The notes under the pieces are model-generated. The model was not told the DNA's origin. It was given only the letters and a program-made list of their open reading frames with translations, and ran no database searches. Positions 1 through 13,899 of a stretch of DNA of 64,000 bases are shown here, one piece after another. A program made the position numbers and the translations under genes. Source of the stretch: Takakia lepidozioides (taxonomy: Eukaryota; Plantae; Bryophyta); NCBI GenBank assembly GCA_030704615.1, contig CM060732.1:63240001-63304000 (forward strand), given 5' to 3'. Numbering within the stretch: position 1 is the stretch's first letter; every line of letters starts with the position of its first letter.

Positions 1-647
1 TATCATTTGTATCCTCAATAGCATTCAATTGCCTCAAGACCTTCCCTTTCTCAATGAATGAATACAAATCTACTATTCACATATCTCCATCCCTCACTCA
101 CATAAAGTCTCTGTGGCTTACATATAAGCACTTGGATCTCACACACACATGTTGCTGATTTTATTGACTTAATACCCATTCCTAAGGTGACAGTCCCTCT
201 GGTAAATCTTTCCTGGAGATATTTTGTGTGTCAGTGTGTGAAAGAGAGCAGAACAATAGAACATTAATACATCCGCAGGTGGCAGAGAGGGTCTATGGGA
301 CAGATTGAAACAAAAACATTAAAAAAGTCCTATCCCAAACATTGCATGAAGACGGAGAGAATGCACTCATAAGACATCTTTGCCGCAGCCTTGTGGCCAT
401 AGTCCCAGGAGACACCATTGGAGAGAGAACTGGAGGAACGCTTGAGATTACTCTTACACCATTACACGGATGCCGCAGGCTCGTGATGAAAGCCATTATT
501 CTGTGACAACCTCAGTACAGAATTGTCATTGACCTCTGACAGCATACAATCTAGCAGTTCTCTGACAAGGAGGAGACATAAAGTGCAGATAGGAGGTATC
601 AAGACAACCTCGTGGGTGGGAGAAACAGAAAGAGCCAACAATCATAC

Positions 648-866
648 CCTGGATTTGGCATACTTGTAATCCAGTTCCTGAAGGCAGCGAAGAAGGTGTT
701 GCACTTGGAGCTGCAGTTGTCGGTGAGATTCCTCTGCGTTTTGAATCCTTAATTCCAAATGCTTCTGAGAGGGACGACCTCCTAGCATATGGAAGATGGA
801 GTCTTGTATGTATTCATCGAGCTCTGGCGGCAAAGGGAATTTAGCATCTTCTTCCATCTCCCCCAT
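648..866 (-). CDS. First coding exon of a plant coiled-coil protein; gene continues beyond the window start
   Basis: MGEMEEDAKFPLPPELDEYIQDSIFHMLG...LELRIQNAEESHRQLQ resembles a conserved plant family (LPxExDxYIxxxIxHxLG + coiled coil). Ends at a donor AGG|GTATGA at 648/647. Confidence 0.65.
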
Positions 867-2499
867 TCCTTGCACTATGTTTCGCACCAGTCTTCAAATT
901 GCGTGTCTTATGGCGTAAAGCTGTCAGCAGAGGTTGGAGGCAATCGTTCTGGCCAACTGTGTCTCTACTACTATTAATTCCTGTCGCGATCTCTGTACCT
1001 GGTGGATTTCTCCTCAAGCCCCTTATCTTTTAGAGTGAACTCACTTTGGAAAGCGATCTGCAGAATATAGGACTGCAAAACTAATGTTGACTGTTTGACT
1101 CCAGCATTCAGCAAAAGCAACATTCGAGTATTCTACAGGATACAAAGAAAGCTCAGGTATCATCTATATGGCCATCCACAGATGGTCATAGCGCGCTGGC
1201 ACAGACGTAACCAAGTCAAGTAAGTCACCTGGCTTTCGTGGAAGAAGAGTAAAAGCCTAGGATAGTCTATCTAGTGCATGTGGCGGAGAAAACTTGGAGC
1301 GACTTTGGTAGGAGTCTCAATCCCTTTGAAATAGGACCAAAACCGAAGAGAATATGCATTCTGCTACAAGGAGCGTGACTTCACAGAGATATAGATAGCA
1401 ATGAAGAGAACACAAGAGACAGAGAGACAAACTTCATAAAGACGAAGGAGACAAATCTTAATAACCATCTACCGGTAAGAAGGAGAGTCTCTGGGACATC
1501 ATCTTGAACTACTTCCACGCGACATCAAACTCGCAACTTCTGGACGGCAATTTCCTACGAAGAGAGAACGAAATGAAGTGAAATGGAGAAAATGTCGAAG
1601 TGGTGGGAAGAACAGAGATAAACTTATGAAGTAGGTGGAGATGGAAAGAAGATGGTCGAAGAGAGAGACAGAGACAACAGAGAGACCTTACGGGGAGCAG
1701 AGCAGAGTGACAAGCAGGACGGTCAAATGGAAAAAACTAAGACCTCATTTCAACACCAAAGTTACTTCTATGAATCTGCAAACACAGTATGCATGTCTGT
1801 ATCCCGGCGATGAACTCTCTGCAACTCACGAAAGCAAATCGATGAGCGAGCGGGAGGAAGGCGAGAACTCTGCCGCGGCAACCAGCAGACGGACACCATC
1901 ACCGAGAGCGGGGCCCTGTTTTCTGCCCGTTACGAACCCCTTCCCTCAAAATGTTTTTCCTCCTTCGGAAAACAAATAAAAATAAAAGTGAAAATACATT
2001 TCAGAAGAAACTAAAGCAAATTGTGCTATTTGTTTTTCTTTGGTGCTTTTTGTTCTTTTTTTTTTTGTTTTGTTTTCAATTTGTTTTTTTTGTTTTTTGG
2101 TGCTATTAAAAAACAAACCTAGATCATAGCCTCCTTTTCATTTAGAAACTAATAAAAAAGTAATGGAAAGGAAAAACTTTTTTAGCTGTCCTTAACCGTC
2201 AGATTCAGAATCGAACGGTGGAGAAGCGCTGCAAAAGGTAGCCGTTGTAGGTTTGAGTTGGGAGTTTGTGGGCCCTGCACTAACGAATGAATGTTGAATG
2301 AATGTTGAATGAACTCTGCCATCAATGTTTTAAAAATATTGCAGTGTGCAAGCAGGTTCACGTCGTGGGGAGTGATTGTTTGGGTGGTTGGGCTGATGCT
2401 CTAACTGCATTCACCATCCTCTTTCACACTCATTCTCCCTGTTGGTTATTCCTTAACTACAGAGCACTCTTTACAGTTTTTGTTGAGGAGGAGGAAATA

Positions 2500-2641
2500 T
2501 CATGTATCTCCTGAAAACTCCTCAGTTGCTCCTCTCTCTCTACTCTTGGCTTTGGTTTTGTTTCCTCTCATGTTTTCTTCCATTTTGTCCCATGAGCTCT
2601 ATGAGCTTTCCGCGGACGTTATAAAGCACCATTTCATTTCT
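2500..2641 (+). mobile_element. RTE-like LINE/SINE 3' tail fragment
   Basis: gtcccatgagctctatgagctttccgcggacgttataaagcaccatttcatttc is shared with the copies at 44.85, 44.98 and 45.70 kb; the last of these follows a LINE ORF2 C-terminus. Confidence 0.65.
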
Positions 2642-2941
2642 GCTGATTGCCTCCTTTCTTGTAGTTTTGCTTTGTGGTATGGCCCTCGTGGACGGAGTGT
2701 AACCTTTTCTTTCTCCTGCTGTAGTATGATAAAACCTGTACTCCGAAGTCTGTGTTAGTACCATATTACCTACTTCAGACTTCCAAAGGAGAACTTGAAT
2801 AAATGTTATTCCTTCGACAAGAGACCCGGAGGTTATGGGAAACCAGTAGAGGGAGTCGAATCCTAAAACCTGCAAGGGAGAGAGATGAGGGTAAAATAGG
2901 AAAAGGAATAAAGGTATAACGTTCACAGAGGAAAGGGTCTG

Positions 2942-3703
2942 ATGGCCCCGAAGAAAAAACAAGAAATGAAAAAAGGAGAAGTGAAAAAGGGAGACGCTGA
3001 AGGTGGGAAGTCACCACCGCTAAAGCCTGCTCTGCCGAACCCTATCGTCTTCTTTGACATCAAAATTGGAGGGAAAGCAGAAGGCAGAATGGTGATGGAG
3101 CTTTTGGCGGACATAGCCCCCAAGGCAGCGGAGAATTTTCGAGCACTCTGCACAGGGGAGAAGGGGGTTGGCAAGTTAGGGAAGCGCATGCATTACAAGA
3201 ACACACTATTCCATAGAGTAATTCCAGAGTTTTTTGCCCAGGGAGGTGATTTCACCGACTTTAATGGCAGGGGAGGGGAGTCCATCTACGGAGAGCCCTT
3301 TGAGGATGAGAGCTTCGAGAAGAGCCATGCCACCATAGGGTCTTTGTCCATGTGTAATTCAGGCCCCGACACCAATGAATCACAGTTTTTCTTCAACCTT
3401 GTACCCAATGAATCCCTTGACGGCCGGCATGTCGTGTTCGGGCAACTACAGGAAGAGAGCTTACCCGTGTTGAACGCCATTGAGGCTGTTGGCTCCTGGA
3501 CTGGCAGGTTACATCAGCCTGTGATCATTGCCGACTGTGGCTGGTTGAACCCACCACCGCCACCCCCTACTGCAGAGGAATTAGCCAAGAAGGCCGAGGA
3601 GGAAGAAGCTAAAAACGCTGAGGAAAAGAAAGCTAAGGAAGCGGAAGAAGAGAGAGCTCAGAAAGCCCGTGAGGAAAAGAAGCTAGCCACTAAGAAGAAG
3701 TAG
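2942..3703 (+). CDS. Cyclophilin-type peptidyl-prolyl cis-trans isomerase, intronless, with Lys-rich N-terminus and Pro/Glu/Lys-rich C-terminal tail
   Basis: Motifs [68 protein letters not shown]. Open 253-aa ORF. Confidence 0.93.
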   Translation: MAPKKKQEMKKGEVKKGDAEGGKSPPLKPALPNPIVFFDIKIGGKAEGRMVMELLADIAPKAAENFRALCTGEKGVGKLGKRMHYKNTLFHRVIPEFFAQGGDFTDFNGRGGESIYGEPFEDESFEKSHATIGSLSMCNSGPDTNESQFFFNLVPNESLDGRHVVFGQLQEESLPVLNAIEAVGSWTGRLHQPVIIADCGWLNPPPPPPTAEELAKKAEEEEAKNAEEKKAKEAEEERAQKAREEKKLATKKK

Positions 3704-6672
3704 TTAAAATGTGAAGAAAAGCCAAGTTTGATGAGAGAAAATGATCCCTCCTTGAGCAAAATCACCTGCAATTTCCACCAAGTGGGAACTCTCAAAAGTC
3801 GAAACCGGCGGAACCCAAGCTGACACATTCTTGTCACTAGCGCCTGTCCGCCAGCAGATTTAATCGCATCATGGATCGAACAGTACATTGCATGGTTGCG
3901 GTGTGATTTGAAGCTGGTGAGTACAGGCAAGCTACCTAACCATATGTACAGGGCTAGCCCGTATGCATTTTCGTGAGATACAAAAAGAGACGATGTTCAC
4001 ATTCTGGATAAGTTTTCACAAGCTGGCATGTCTTCAGAGCCAATGTGAAGTTCTCCTTGTGCAGCTACTCCATTTTATCTCTCCCTCCAGGTGCTGCTTG
4101 GCTTTTTAGTACTCTGGCGCATTATGATCACCTTGTTGTTCCACACAGATATAATTGCTATCCGACCTTTCAATTTGTACCCAGGACTGATTGTGGTATC
4201 CAATATAATCTTTACTCGCCTACGTTTGAATGAGGGACTCTCCACAGTGACTGGCAGTGCAATCATAACCGCGACCTGTATGTTGGGGCTCTGCCTCGAG
4301 GGCTCTGCAAGTATCAGTGCTACAATCAACGTCATTCTTGCTGGCCAGTATGATGTTACTAGTGCCAACACATACACAACATTCCTTACACTTACATTCA
4401 CGAGAGTCCTTTCCCTTCAACCGTGATGGATGTCTTTCCTCCTCTTATCTGGGCACTATCGTCAGTTTTCAACATGATCAGTGGAACCCAACTCTGAGGA
4501 CTGTGCCCTTGCATTTGAAAAACCCAAGATGTTGTGGCTCTGCTAAACTGGTACCTAGAAAGATCTGATCTCAATTAAGGTCAACATTGTAATTTGTGAT
4601 CACAACTAATCCGATCCTCGTTCGGTGTGAGCCATGGATTTAGATGTGGGTGACACATCACACCTCCTATGACGGCAGAGGTGGGAACGATAGCCACAAG
4701 CGCCCATGCAGGTCCAGGTCTTTTTTCGCAGGTATCCCATTTGGGTACATAACTTTAAGACCAGGAGACTTGGGGCAAACAGCTTGCTGGCGAAGAACAT
4801 GTCACGAACCCGACACTTTCAACGGATATATGCACATAGACAACTCAGACCACCGAGTATTGCAAGAGGCAGCATGCTGTTGGTTTGCCCAGAACGTTTA
4901 ATTCTGAATTAGGAGACAGTACCTGGGACACTAAAGGACCGTGTCACAGCTATGCTCACGATAATGGTGTGAAGTCGCCCGTGAAGCATACGAAGTATGT
5001 ACATGAGTAAGTTGATCACTTCAGTAATGTGTGGCAGCCGCTCAGGTCGATCTACTTAGACGTCCACGCCTGGGTCGATGGCAAATAACATTATAAACTT
5101 ACTGTAGACTGAGAGTTGACTTAATTGCAACGTTTAACAGAATTTTTTCACGTGTCGGTTGGACTGTGCACCTACGCTAAGGGCCCACATCAATGGTTTC
5201 ATGGAGTTTGATGTCCAGCAGGTTAGCTGTCTTGCTCATGACCCGGGCCTTGGTCTTCCATCAGCATGCCCAGGAGCACGCCCGTGAGATGGGTCTGCAT
5301 GAGCTACCTTTGATATTCATTGCAAGTGGTTTACCCTCGGTTTACCTTACACCTTCCCGACTACTGCCAGATCATTTTTCCTATAGTCTACTAGTTGAAG
5401 CCTAATGAATGCACTGGCCGGTCTGCATTGGATTTTAAGGAACTACATGTGATCATACCAAGTGGTTCTCTCCCTTTCCTGAGCTATATTTCATTTCCTC
5501 CTTACACTTGAGGGCTGATTTGAGCCAGCAACGACATATCGTCGGACGATTCATATTGATGGTCTACTCATTCAGTTCTACTAAACTTAAAGTGAGTCTC
5601 TATATCATATATATGCTGGTGACTCTGCAATTATATTCAGATATTTAACTCACGTTTCCTGTGAATGAAACTGACAGTGATACACAGGCACCGACTTCAG
5701 TATAATTTAGTGACATAGCCCAGACCGCGCCACATATTAGAAAATCATATCGGAAACACACTTGAGATATCAGCATAGTTTATAAGACACAACTTTATGT
5801 ATATTGTAACGGATCGATCTCCACATGCAACTTACTTATACCAGGTACATCCAAAGATGTGAAAATTGATTCAAGTCATCTCATAACTTAGAAAACACTT
5901 CAAATCGCAGGGTTCGATGATCGTTCTAAGTTTGAGAGCATAAAGCTCTTCGAAAGTTGAACATTCATCTCCCTGTATTTTTATTCTTGAAGTAGGTCCA
6001 TTTTCTGATTTACGGGACCCGAACTCCTCAGAGCGCTGGCTGAAATCAACTTGTGCTGTCTGTGCCTGCACCTGGAACCACAGGTGCCTGCTGCACGGGC
6101 AGACAGCCAAGGTCAGCACATTATTCCTGGAAGCACCGTGCGCAGCAGCGAACCACCCTGCGAGAAGGAAACAGTCCTGTCAAATTCTGAAAAGGTCGGT
6201 AATGCGCCCTACAAGAAACAACAGGCTCTAGAGAAAACACAGTTGAAAGGTCTCATTCAAGCAGGAAAACCCTTCCCACAGCATTATCTAGTTTTCCAAT
6301 GAGCAACACTACCAAAGCCCTTAAAATAGAAGAATATACAGTTTGCCAATGAGCAGCAGTTTCCCGGTCGAGGATGCAAAAACTAGATAACATACAGGAA
6401 AGCCTCATTCAAGCCGAAAAACACTCCTACAAAACAATGTGATATGCACTACTGCAAATCATACCACGTCCAAAGCAAATTTGACGGAAGAAAGATCAGC
6501 GAGCACAAGTCCTATCCAGAATTTCAGCCTAGAGAAATGGAATCCTGGAAGTCTAGCTGGCATTATCTAATCTTAAGCTGGAAACGACCATCCCATAGTC
6601 AGGCTAACCCTCACATGAAATTTGAACAGCACAGCAACTTCAAAGACGGCGTATACCTTTATCAGAGCTGTC

Positions 6673-7122
6673 TTAGGGGGTGGGTCTCCACGGAGAAGGG
6701 ACCTGGTGGCCTTTGTGGTGCTCATAACCATCATGGTGATCACGACCCTCGTGGTGCTTAGGCGATTCATGGTCGTGCTCATGACCCTCGTGGTGCTTAG
6801 GCGATTCATGGTCGTGCTCATGACCCTCGTGGTGCTTAGGCGATTCATGGCCGTGCTCATGACCCTCGTGATGCTGATCATGATGACTCTCGTGGTGCTT
6901 AGGCCATCCATGGTCCTCATGGCCTTCGTGGTGCTTGTAGGGAGCTCCCCTATGATGACTTTTGTGGTGCTCCCGATACCACAGAGCAGCGCCGTCAGTG
7001 TCCTTCTTGTCCACCATATTGGTCTCATCCGCCTCACCCACCTCAGCTCCAGCATGAGCTACAGACACCATGACGAGGCCCAGGACCAAGACCCAGAAGA
7101 TCACAAGCTTCAGAGCCTTCAT
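6673..7122 (-). CDS. Secreted histidine-rich repeat protein (149 aa)
   Basis: ATG at 7122 starts a signal peptide (MKALKLVIFWVLVLGLVMVSVAHAG), followed by repeats of KHHEGHEHDHESP. TATATAAA at 7250-7243 and a CT-rich 5' UTR lie upstream. Confidence 0.8.
   Translation of the reverse strand: MKALKLVIFWVLVLGLVMVSVAHAGAEVGEADETNMVDKKDTDGAALWYREHHKSHHRGAPYKHHEGHEDHGWPKHHESHHDQHHEGHEHGHESPKHHEGHEHDHESPKHHEGHEHDHESPKHHEGRDHHDGYEHHKGHQVPSPWRPTP
6742..6905. repeat. 39-bp coding tandem repeat
   Basis: About 3-4 copies of catgaccctcgtggtgcttaggcgattcatggtcgtgct. Confidence 0.9.
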
Positions 7123-7242
7123 CTTCACCGCAACGATGCACAAATCAAACCCGCAAGCTTGCAAAACAAGCAGACCCCAAGCAGAGGAGAGCGAGAGAGA
7201 GAGAGAAGCTGCTGACCCTGAAAAGCTGGCGAGCACCGATCG

Positions 7243-7250
7243 TTTATATA
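7243..7250 (-). promoter_or_regulatory. TATA box of the His-rich gene
   Basis: TATATAAA on the minus strand about 120 nt upstream of the ATG, just before a (CT)n leader. A cluster of TGACG/ACGT motifs lies at 7330-7445. Confidence 0.55.
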
Positions 7251-8917
7251 CATATGCGGCAACGGGAAATCACATCCGTCTGATAGATGAATGTTTGATT
7301 ATCGTCTAAGAAAAAGGGATGTAGTCGCGCTGACGTCGCCATCGCTTAGCTTCTGACAGCTTCCGGGTACGTGACGGCGTCCCGTTCCGTCAGTGATGTC
7401 AGGGGTTCTGACATCCACGGCCGTCATTGACTGCCGTGACCGTCCGTCTGTTGCCACACAACCATTTCCTTAATTTCTTTGTAAATGAAGCCCAGATATC
7501 CGGGATCTGGGATTATTATTATTATTATTTTAATAATAAAAAGGCCACTTTTTAACTTTATTAAAAGAGGATTTATTTTAAAAAAAACATAAAATATTGC
7601 TGTAGAGAGCGGGTTCAATGGATGTAATTTGTCCTGTTTCTGATATTTGTAACTAACTAGTGTAAGTGATGAGTCTCGTCACACTAAACACATCCAAACA
7701 CATCATCTCTCTTGCATCTCTCTCGTGGGACAGTACAGGATTGGATGGAAACTGTGGGACGATCTAGTCCCGCTACTGATATCCTACCGTATTCGTCCTA
7801 TTGATTCTTCCAGTACCCGACCATCGCTCAACATAAACGTGCCACACCAATGAATGAATGAAATGTGTTGAACGAGCCGCCCAAGTTCCAACTCTGTGTA
7901 GTTTTATCCTTTGAAACTGAAACATGGGGAAAAATATATAGGTATCTGGGAGCAACCGTAGCTCACAGTTTAGGTCCATATAAGGGGGAAATATAAATAC
8001 CCTTTCATTTTGAGCCATGGAGGCATACAAAGGTCTGAAGGTCAGGCCCAAATGTCATGAAATCATGCCACACATCGAGGTAGCTAGATTTACTGTTCTC
8101 TGGTTTTTTCTCACAAGGTTGTCTGCTGGCCGTTTATATGGTGACTCTTTGTTGTCTTCAGCGACCCATCGTGGTCACCCTCTGAAGTTCCGGCACTTGC
8201 CTCATGGCTCTGTCGAGGTTATTTTTCCCGCGAACTCTTAATTTGATGAACAGGGCCTTCGTCCCCAATTTTTCAACAAAAAACGTAACATGATTTAGTT
8301 GCATAGGTGATAGGCACATCACACTATGGACTAGCAGGTCCTTCCATTATCTTTTACGCAATTGTAGTAGAAATTTGGTTTCTTTTCTTTGTAGTTTTAT
8401 TAGCGGGGTTAAATTAGGGTGAAACCCTGCCTATAGCCAGCCTGGCAGGTTGTTCGTGGGGCCACGTTGGCTATAAGCAGGTTAGGGGCAGGGTTCTGCT
8501 TGTAAAGGGACCTAGTGACACATGGCAGCAGTGGACGGGCTAAAATCAAAATTCTACTACGCTGTTGAACCGGCAGGAGGTCGCGGGGCAGACACTGAGA
8601 GGATACTTTATTAGTGCCGGGTGGCCCGCTGCGCCACGTCCTCTACGCCATGCTGGCGCACAAGCCATCCTGCGGACCGCCCTCCTCGCCATGGACACTA
8701 TGGCCTATGGTGGGGACCCGTAAGCATATGGCTCACTTTTGAAAGATATACAGCTATTACCATTCGAGGAGGCCACACAAAATTCAGAAGGCCGCCTAGT
8801 CACCGCCGCTCGGTTCCAGGCGGAACCCGCTCTCTCCTGCCGATGTCACTACACATATTCCCTTCGATACTAAAAAGTGCGATTCTCTAAAAAATTAGGC
8901 TAAATTACATAATTTAG

Positions 8918-9830
8918 TTTTTTTTAAATATATAAAAGGAGGGACGGTGGCCTCGACTAACTTTATAGCAGGTGGACTTAAGAAAATCCAAAGAGTACAA
9001 AGATTATTTGGTGGAAAAAAAAAACCACAAGGGAGGCCGTAGAGGCTTAGTGTGGGAAAACTACCCCCTCACCAGAAGACAGAAAACAAGCTAAAACTAA
9101 TTAGAGGGAAACTTCCTTGATACAGATGATCCAATAAGGTAGTTGCAGATAAGAAGAACGGCGGAAAAAGGAGAAAGATGTTGAGAAGGAGAAAGGGAGT
9201 CCTTGAGCTAAACCTATCTGGGATGGATTCTATAAACTCACAAGGGCTGGCGAGAACCTGCCATACAAGAGAACTATCGAACACAAGAAACTAAGTTGTA
9301 TCGGAACTTGAGTTGCATTTTGAATTTCTGATCCCTAGATCTTTTGTGATGCCAATTAAAGTCACATTCCTCTCTCTTCATGGGGGATTTCCCATTGCAC
9401 GGGGAGGGTGTCCCTCCATTGTACATGTGAGTTGGAAATGCGGGTGCAAAGCAAGCCGCTCTTGCCCCAGGAGATATCGAATTCTTTGAGCATTTGACCC
9501 TTGCGTTGATCTGAAGCTCGGGGAAGAGTTGCACATACAGAAAACCAGGCCCCTTTCCCCTTAGTCATCAGATCAAGAAAGATGTTGAATAGCACAGATC
9601 TGATGTTGGGGGGTCTACCCTCGTGAACACAAGAGCATTTGGCTTTCCAGAGGTTCCACAAGGTGTGTGCCATTAGACAAGCCCACAATGGGCATTTTAT
9701 GAAGGCAATATCGTCCATATAATTCAACAAGGGGAGGGTGGGAGCAGGAGAGGTGGGCAGTCTTTGCCAGTTCAAGTACATCTGCAAAAACTCTTGTCCA
9801 AACACTTCTAGGACCCTAACAATTAAACAA
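8918..9830 (-). mobile_element. 5'-truncated L1-type LINE (ORF2 C-terminus, 3' UTR, short poly-A)
   Basis: The 9362..9805 ORF contains LWACLMAHTLWNLWKAKC, matching the L1 'WxxWKxRN' C-terminal motif. A-tail (T-run on +) near 8918-8925. The 5' boundary is approximate. Confidence 0.6.
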
Positions 9831-11587
9831 TCAATGCTCCACGATCCAGGCTAGAAACACTATTTTAACTAATTCTGGACTTTTGTTTGGTCCAGAAATA
9901 ATATAAGATATATGAATAAATATAATCTATAATAGAAATAAAGAGATATATCTATAATTATTTGGCTATTTGTGCACTATATAACAACGAATTATATAAT
10001 CCTCCACACATTCTACGCAAAAATACAAGTATGTATTGTGGTCTTAGAGGAACATCCACTGCCAAATTGACGTTCATTAAAAGGAATGGGAGGATGCAAT
10101 GAATCAAACAATGATGAAAGCTCCGATATCGAAAATGACATATACAAACAAACGTGGAACAATGGCAGAACCAAATATGAAACAATGATGGCATGTGATG
10201 AAGATGACAACATGGAAAAACGAGTCTGTTGGGACCTGATTATGAAACATTCATATTTTACTTGAGATCGTATCATTCAAGGCGATGGACCAACAGAAAA
10301 ATGAACGTCAATTGTTCATCCGTTCATGGACTTAATGCCATACAAGCCATAGAATCGTTACGGCTTATACTAACTCATCAATAATACTGAGCCTCCTCCC
10401 AAACGGCTCGCAGTAAGGCATGTGTCCGAAGACGCCTCCGGTTACCACAACCGCTTGCAACGGTCTCCGCACCAGAGGAAACGGAGATATTTTCAGGAAG
10501 GTGAAACCGGCTGACATTGTCATTTGAAATGTTACTACCAACTCTAATTGATGCCCTTGAAGCCTCCCGGCACGCCCGCCATTCTTCCCAATCACGCAGT
10601 TCTTGTTCCTCTTTTAGAATTCGTTCCTTGAATGTAACTGGGGACACGCAGTTGAATGACAAATGTTAGGCCCAAAGTGGAAGTTTTGCATAATGAGGAT
10701 TTGTTGAGATAAGAATGCAAATGCAAATGCAAATGCAAAAGAATTGGAAAATCAAATTCTGAACAAACAACAGAACAGTGAGATCCACGTGCCTACCAAG
10801 GTAATCAGGTTCCTTTTGTTGTGGGATCCAAACATGAGGATCAAGATATCTTCCATACTAGGCCCAGCAGGCATGGTCTCGACCAGTGTTGGGCGGTTCT
10901 TGCCTTTGTGAAGGAACCTTCGGTTCCGGTTCCACAAATTTTTGAAGAGACGGTTCCGGATCCGGATCCGGTTATTTTTTATTAAGGCGGTTCCGGTCCG
11001 GTTCAGGTTCTGACTTTTTAACATGGGGGCGGTTCCGGTTACCGGTTAGTTGCTGGAAAAAAAACACCGGTTCCCGGTTAGGTTCCGGTTCTTTTTTAAA
11101 AATATGTTAAATTCTTTTAATTTTTTATTCTTCTGGAAAATTAGATGAACTGATCTGATTGGTCATACTGAGAATTTTCAACTAAAACCAGGGAATTTAT
11201 TAGTAAAACAGAAGTAAATAAACTTATATGTTTTTTGTGATTGTCTTTTATGGTATATATAACTAGTTATATACGCATGGTCTCCATTAAAAACGGAAAA
11301 CCAGAGATTTTATAAGTTGTCGTATGGTGTAGCAAAGAACAACTAAAACAAACTAACTACATAAGGATCTTAATTCAAAATACAAAACAAATTAAACATG
11401 TGTAATTCTATGGTTACCTTTTATGGTGCAGCAAAAGCACAACTAAAAAAAACTACATAAATTTGTGTTTTTTGGATGATGCTTTGTCAATATAGCATAC
11501 AACAAACTAAGTACACGGGATGTCACTGAAATTTTCAATAAAAATGACAAATAAACAAACTCCAATCAAAGGAGTATAGTGTAATAA

Positions 11588-13899
11588 TCAGTCTACCTCA
11601 AAGAGGTTTGCCTCTGCAATCAAGTCCTCATTCTCATCTAAGAGGACTTCTTCCCTATCCAAAAACTCTTTCATGGAAGTACTAAAGCAACCAACTATAG
11701 CATCATTTGGCCAATTCTTGACTACACTCACAAGCATATCAAGGTTTTCAATATTTAACCTGCACCGTCTCAAGTTTGTTACTAAAAACCCTCTCAGCTT
11801 CAATCTGAGATCCAACTATGCCCAAAATTAGCCGTGCCAAAAATCCCACATACGGAAAGAGAGACTCGTGTTCTTTCCACCATTTCAAAGGAGCCACGCA
11901 CTCACCCTCATTTATCTTCGTCCTTCTGAAATGTGATAGTTGTTCTCTCACCACTGTCAATGTCATGTCTTCATTGTGGTCATGCACACCAAATAAGGAC
12001 ATCTCGTCCATTGTGGAAGTGGGCTGTGATTGGGCCGGAGTATCCGGATATAAGACCTTGAAACACTTTACCAAAAGAGGCTCTAACACCATACTATCAT
12101 ATTGGGACACAATATGCAAAGCACGCTCTTTGCCCACATATTGTGATACCAATGACAACCCCTTGTAACGTGGGTCAAGCATAAGCGCGAGCATATTGTG
12201 AGCTTTGCGCGACTGAAACCCTTCCAAAAAAGAAAGAAATGGTTCCAAGACATATACCACCTCTCGAGCCATCCGCCATTCCAACAATGTCAACTCTGTT
12301 GAGAAATCCCCCATGCAATGATCCACAGTTGCAGCCCCCCCAGCACTACTTCCTCGCATGCGAATTGTTGTGGCAATGGCTGCATTAAGAGCATCGGACA
12401 ACAACCAAAATCCCCCAGATTGATTCATAATGCACTCATGAACCACAGGCCCTAGAACTGTAGAAATTGATTGGGCAATGGCCCACACTTGTGGACTTGG
12501 TATGCGAGACTGCAGTGCCAATGAGGTTTGCCTAGAGTAACAAGTGATTATGGCTTGCCTAAACTCCAAAGTCTCTTGGAAGAGGATCACCTTGGAAGCA
12601 AACCGTGTCTTCACCGGAGTCTTCAGTTTGCGGGGATGAATGCCGCTATCCACACATGCCTTTGCCCATTCTTGTCTCCCTTTGCCACTTTTTTTGGTCC
12701 AAGTAATGGTTTTTTGCAACTCTAATTGGGCATTTTTTATAGAAACCGATCTCATATCTACGCATATTTTTGCATCATTTGTTGCATATTGGCAACACTT
12801 GGACATTGCATGCCCAAAACAGCTACCCACAAATGGAGAATCCAACCCCAAACACGCACATGAGACCACTGAATTCAAATCATTGGTCAAAGTGGCCAAG
12901 TTACCTCCCTCATCTTTGACGTAAGCAATAATGCGAGTATTGAGGCCATACTTCACAAGAAGATTGTTGACTTGATGTGCCATGGCAGCCCCAGATGTGT
13001 CAGGTGTCTCAAACATGCCAAGAGTCACATGACATTGCTCCCATTGTTCATTAATAAAGTGCGCTATGATGACAAAAGTGTCAGTTCCCCCTCTTGACAT
13101 CCACAAATCAAAACTCACGGAGCAAGTAGCACAACTCTGAAGAGATGGGGACATATAGCGCTCTTTCGTCTTCTCTGCCAAGATTGGAATGGCCTCATTC
13201 ACAAATGTCCGTCGAGAAGGGAAAACAATCCGAGGATTTTGCCTCAACACCATCCTTCTTAGCCAAGGGGATTCTACCAAAGACAGTGGAACCAACTCCT
13301 TTGCAATGAATAAGACTAAATCCTCATTGAACTGCTTATGGAGTGGAGCTCCTAAAAAAAAAAACTATGTTTCCAGGAGTGGGGCCGGGCCTCTTTTTGG
13401 CTGGCCTACGGGCCTTCTCAGGTCCTTCATTTTCCCTCTCAATCCACCTACGCAAAACAATGTCATGTTCTTGATCCACATGCTTTCGAAGGGCAGAGAT
13501 ACCATTGGTTTTATTATAGGTCACAATGCCCTTCTTGCTTGCAGGAGTGACACCAACAGGATGACATAGAACACACCTCATTTGTTGTGGATTTGTTATG
13601 TCCACTGGAGCATAGTCTTTTGTTGCATAGAATGCTCATGTCGAAGCAGTACGATTGTGGGGCTTCCAAAAATCCCGTTGTTTGTCAAGTACTGGGAGCT
13701 GCGCCTCCACATCCAACACCGTGTGTGATGGCGAAACTGTGGAAGATGACATTGCAGCCGAGGCTTGATGAGCTGATGTAAACGAGGCTTCATGATGAGC
13801 ATCCTCCGCAACATGGCACTCCACCAAAGCTCTCTCATTATCAACATTGATGTCAGGAACAACTTCCCTTTCTAGTTCATCGAAAATATTGGGCTCCAT
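11588..13899 (-). pseudogene. hAT transposase (BED zinc finger, catalytic core, hATC dimerisation domain), disrupted
   Basis: CVLC...ALRKHVDQEH (BED), SFDLWMS, KDEGGN, CFGHAMS, VKTRFAS, LDPRYK, PLKWWK...SQIEAERVFS. In-frame TGA at 13636-38 (likely W), a frameshift in the A-run near 13355-64 and another near 11790. Confidence 0.92.

Noticed and set aside
4091-4568. Beta-rich ORF pair downstream of the cyclophilin
   Set aside because: No start or splice support and no recognisable family.
6622-7215. 197-aa hydrophobic ORF on + and 160-aa alternate-frame ORF on -
   Set aside because: Shadows of the stop-poor His-rich repeat gene. The signal peptide and TATA support the 7122-6673 frame.
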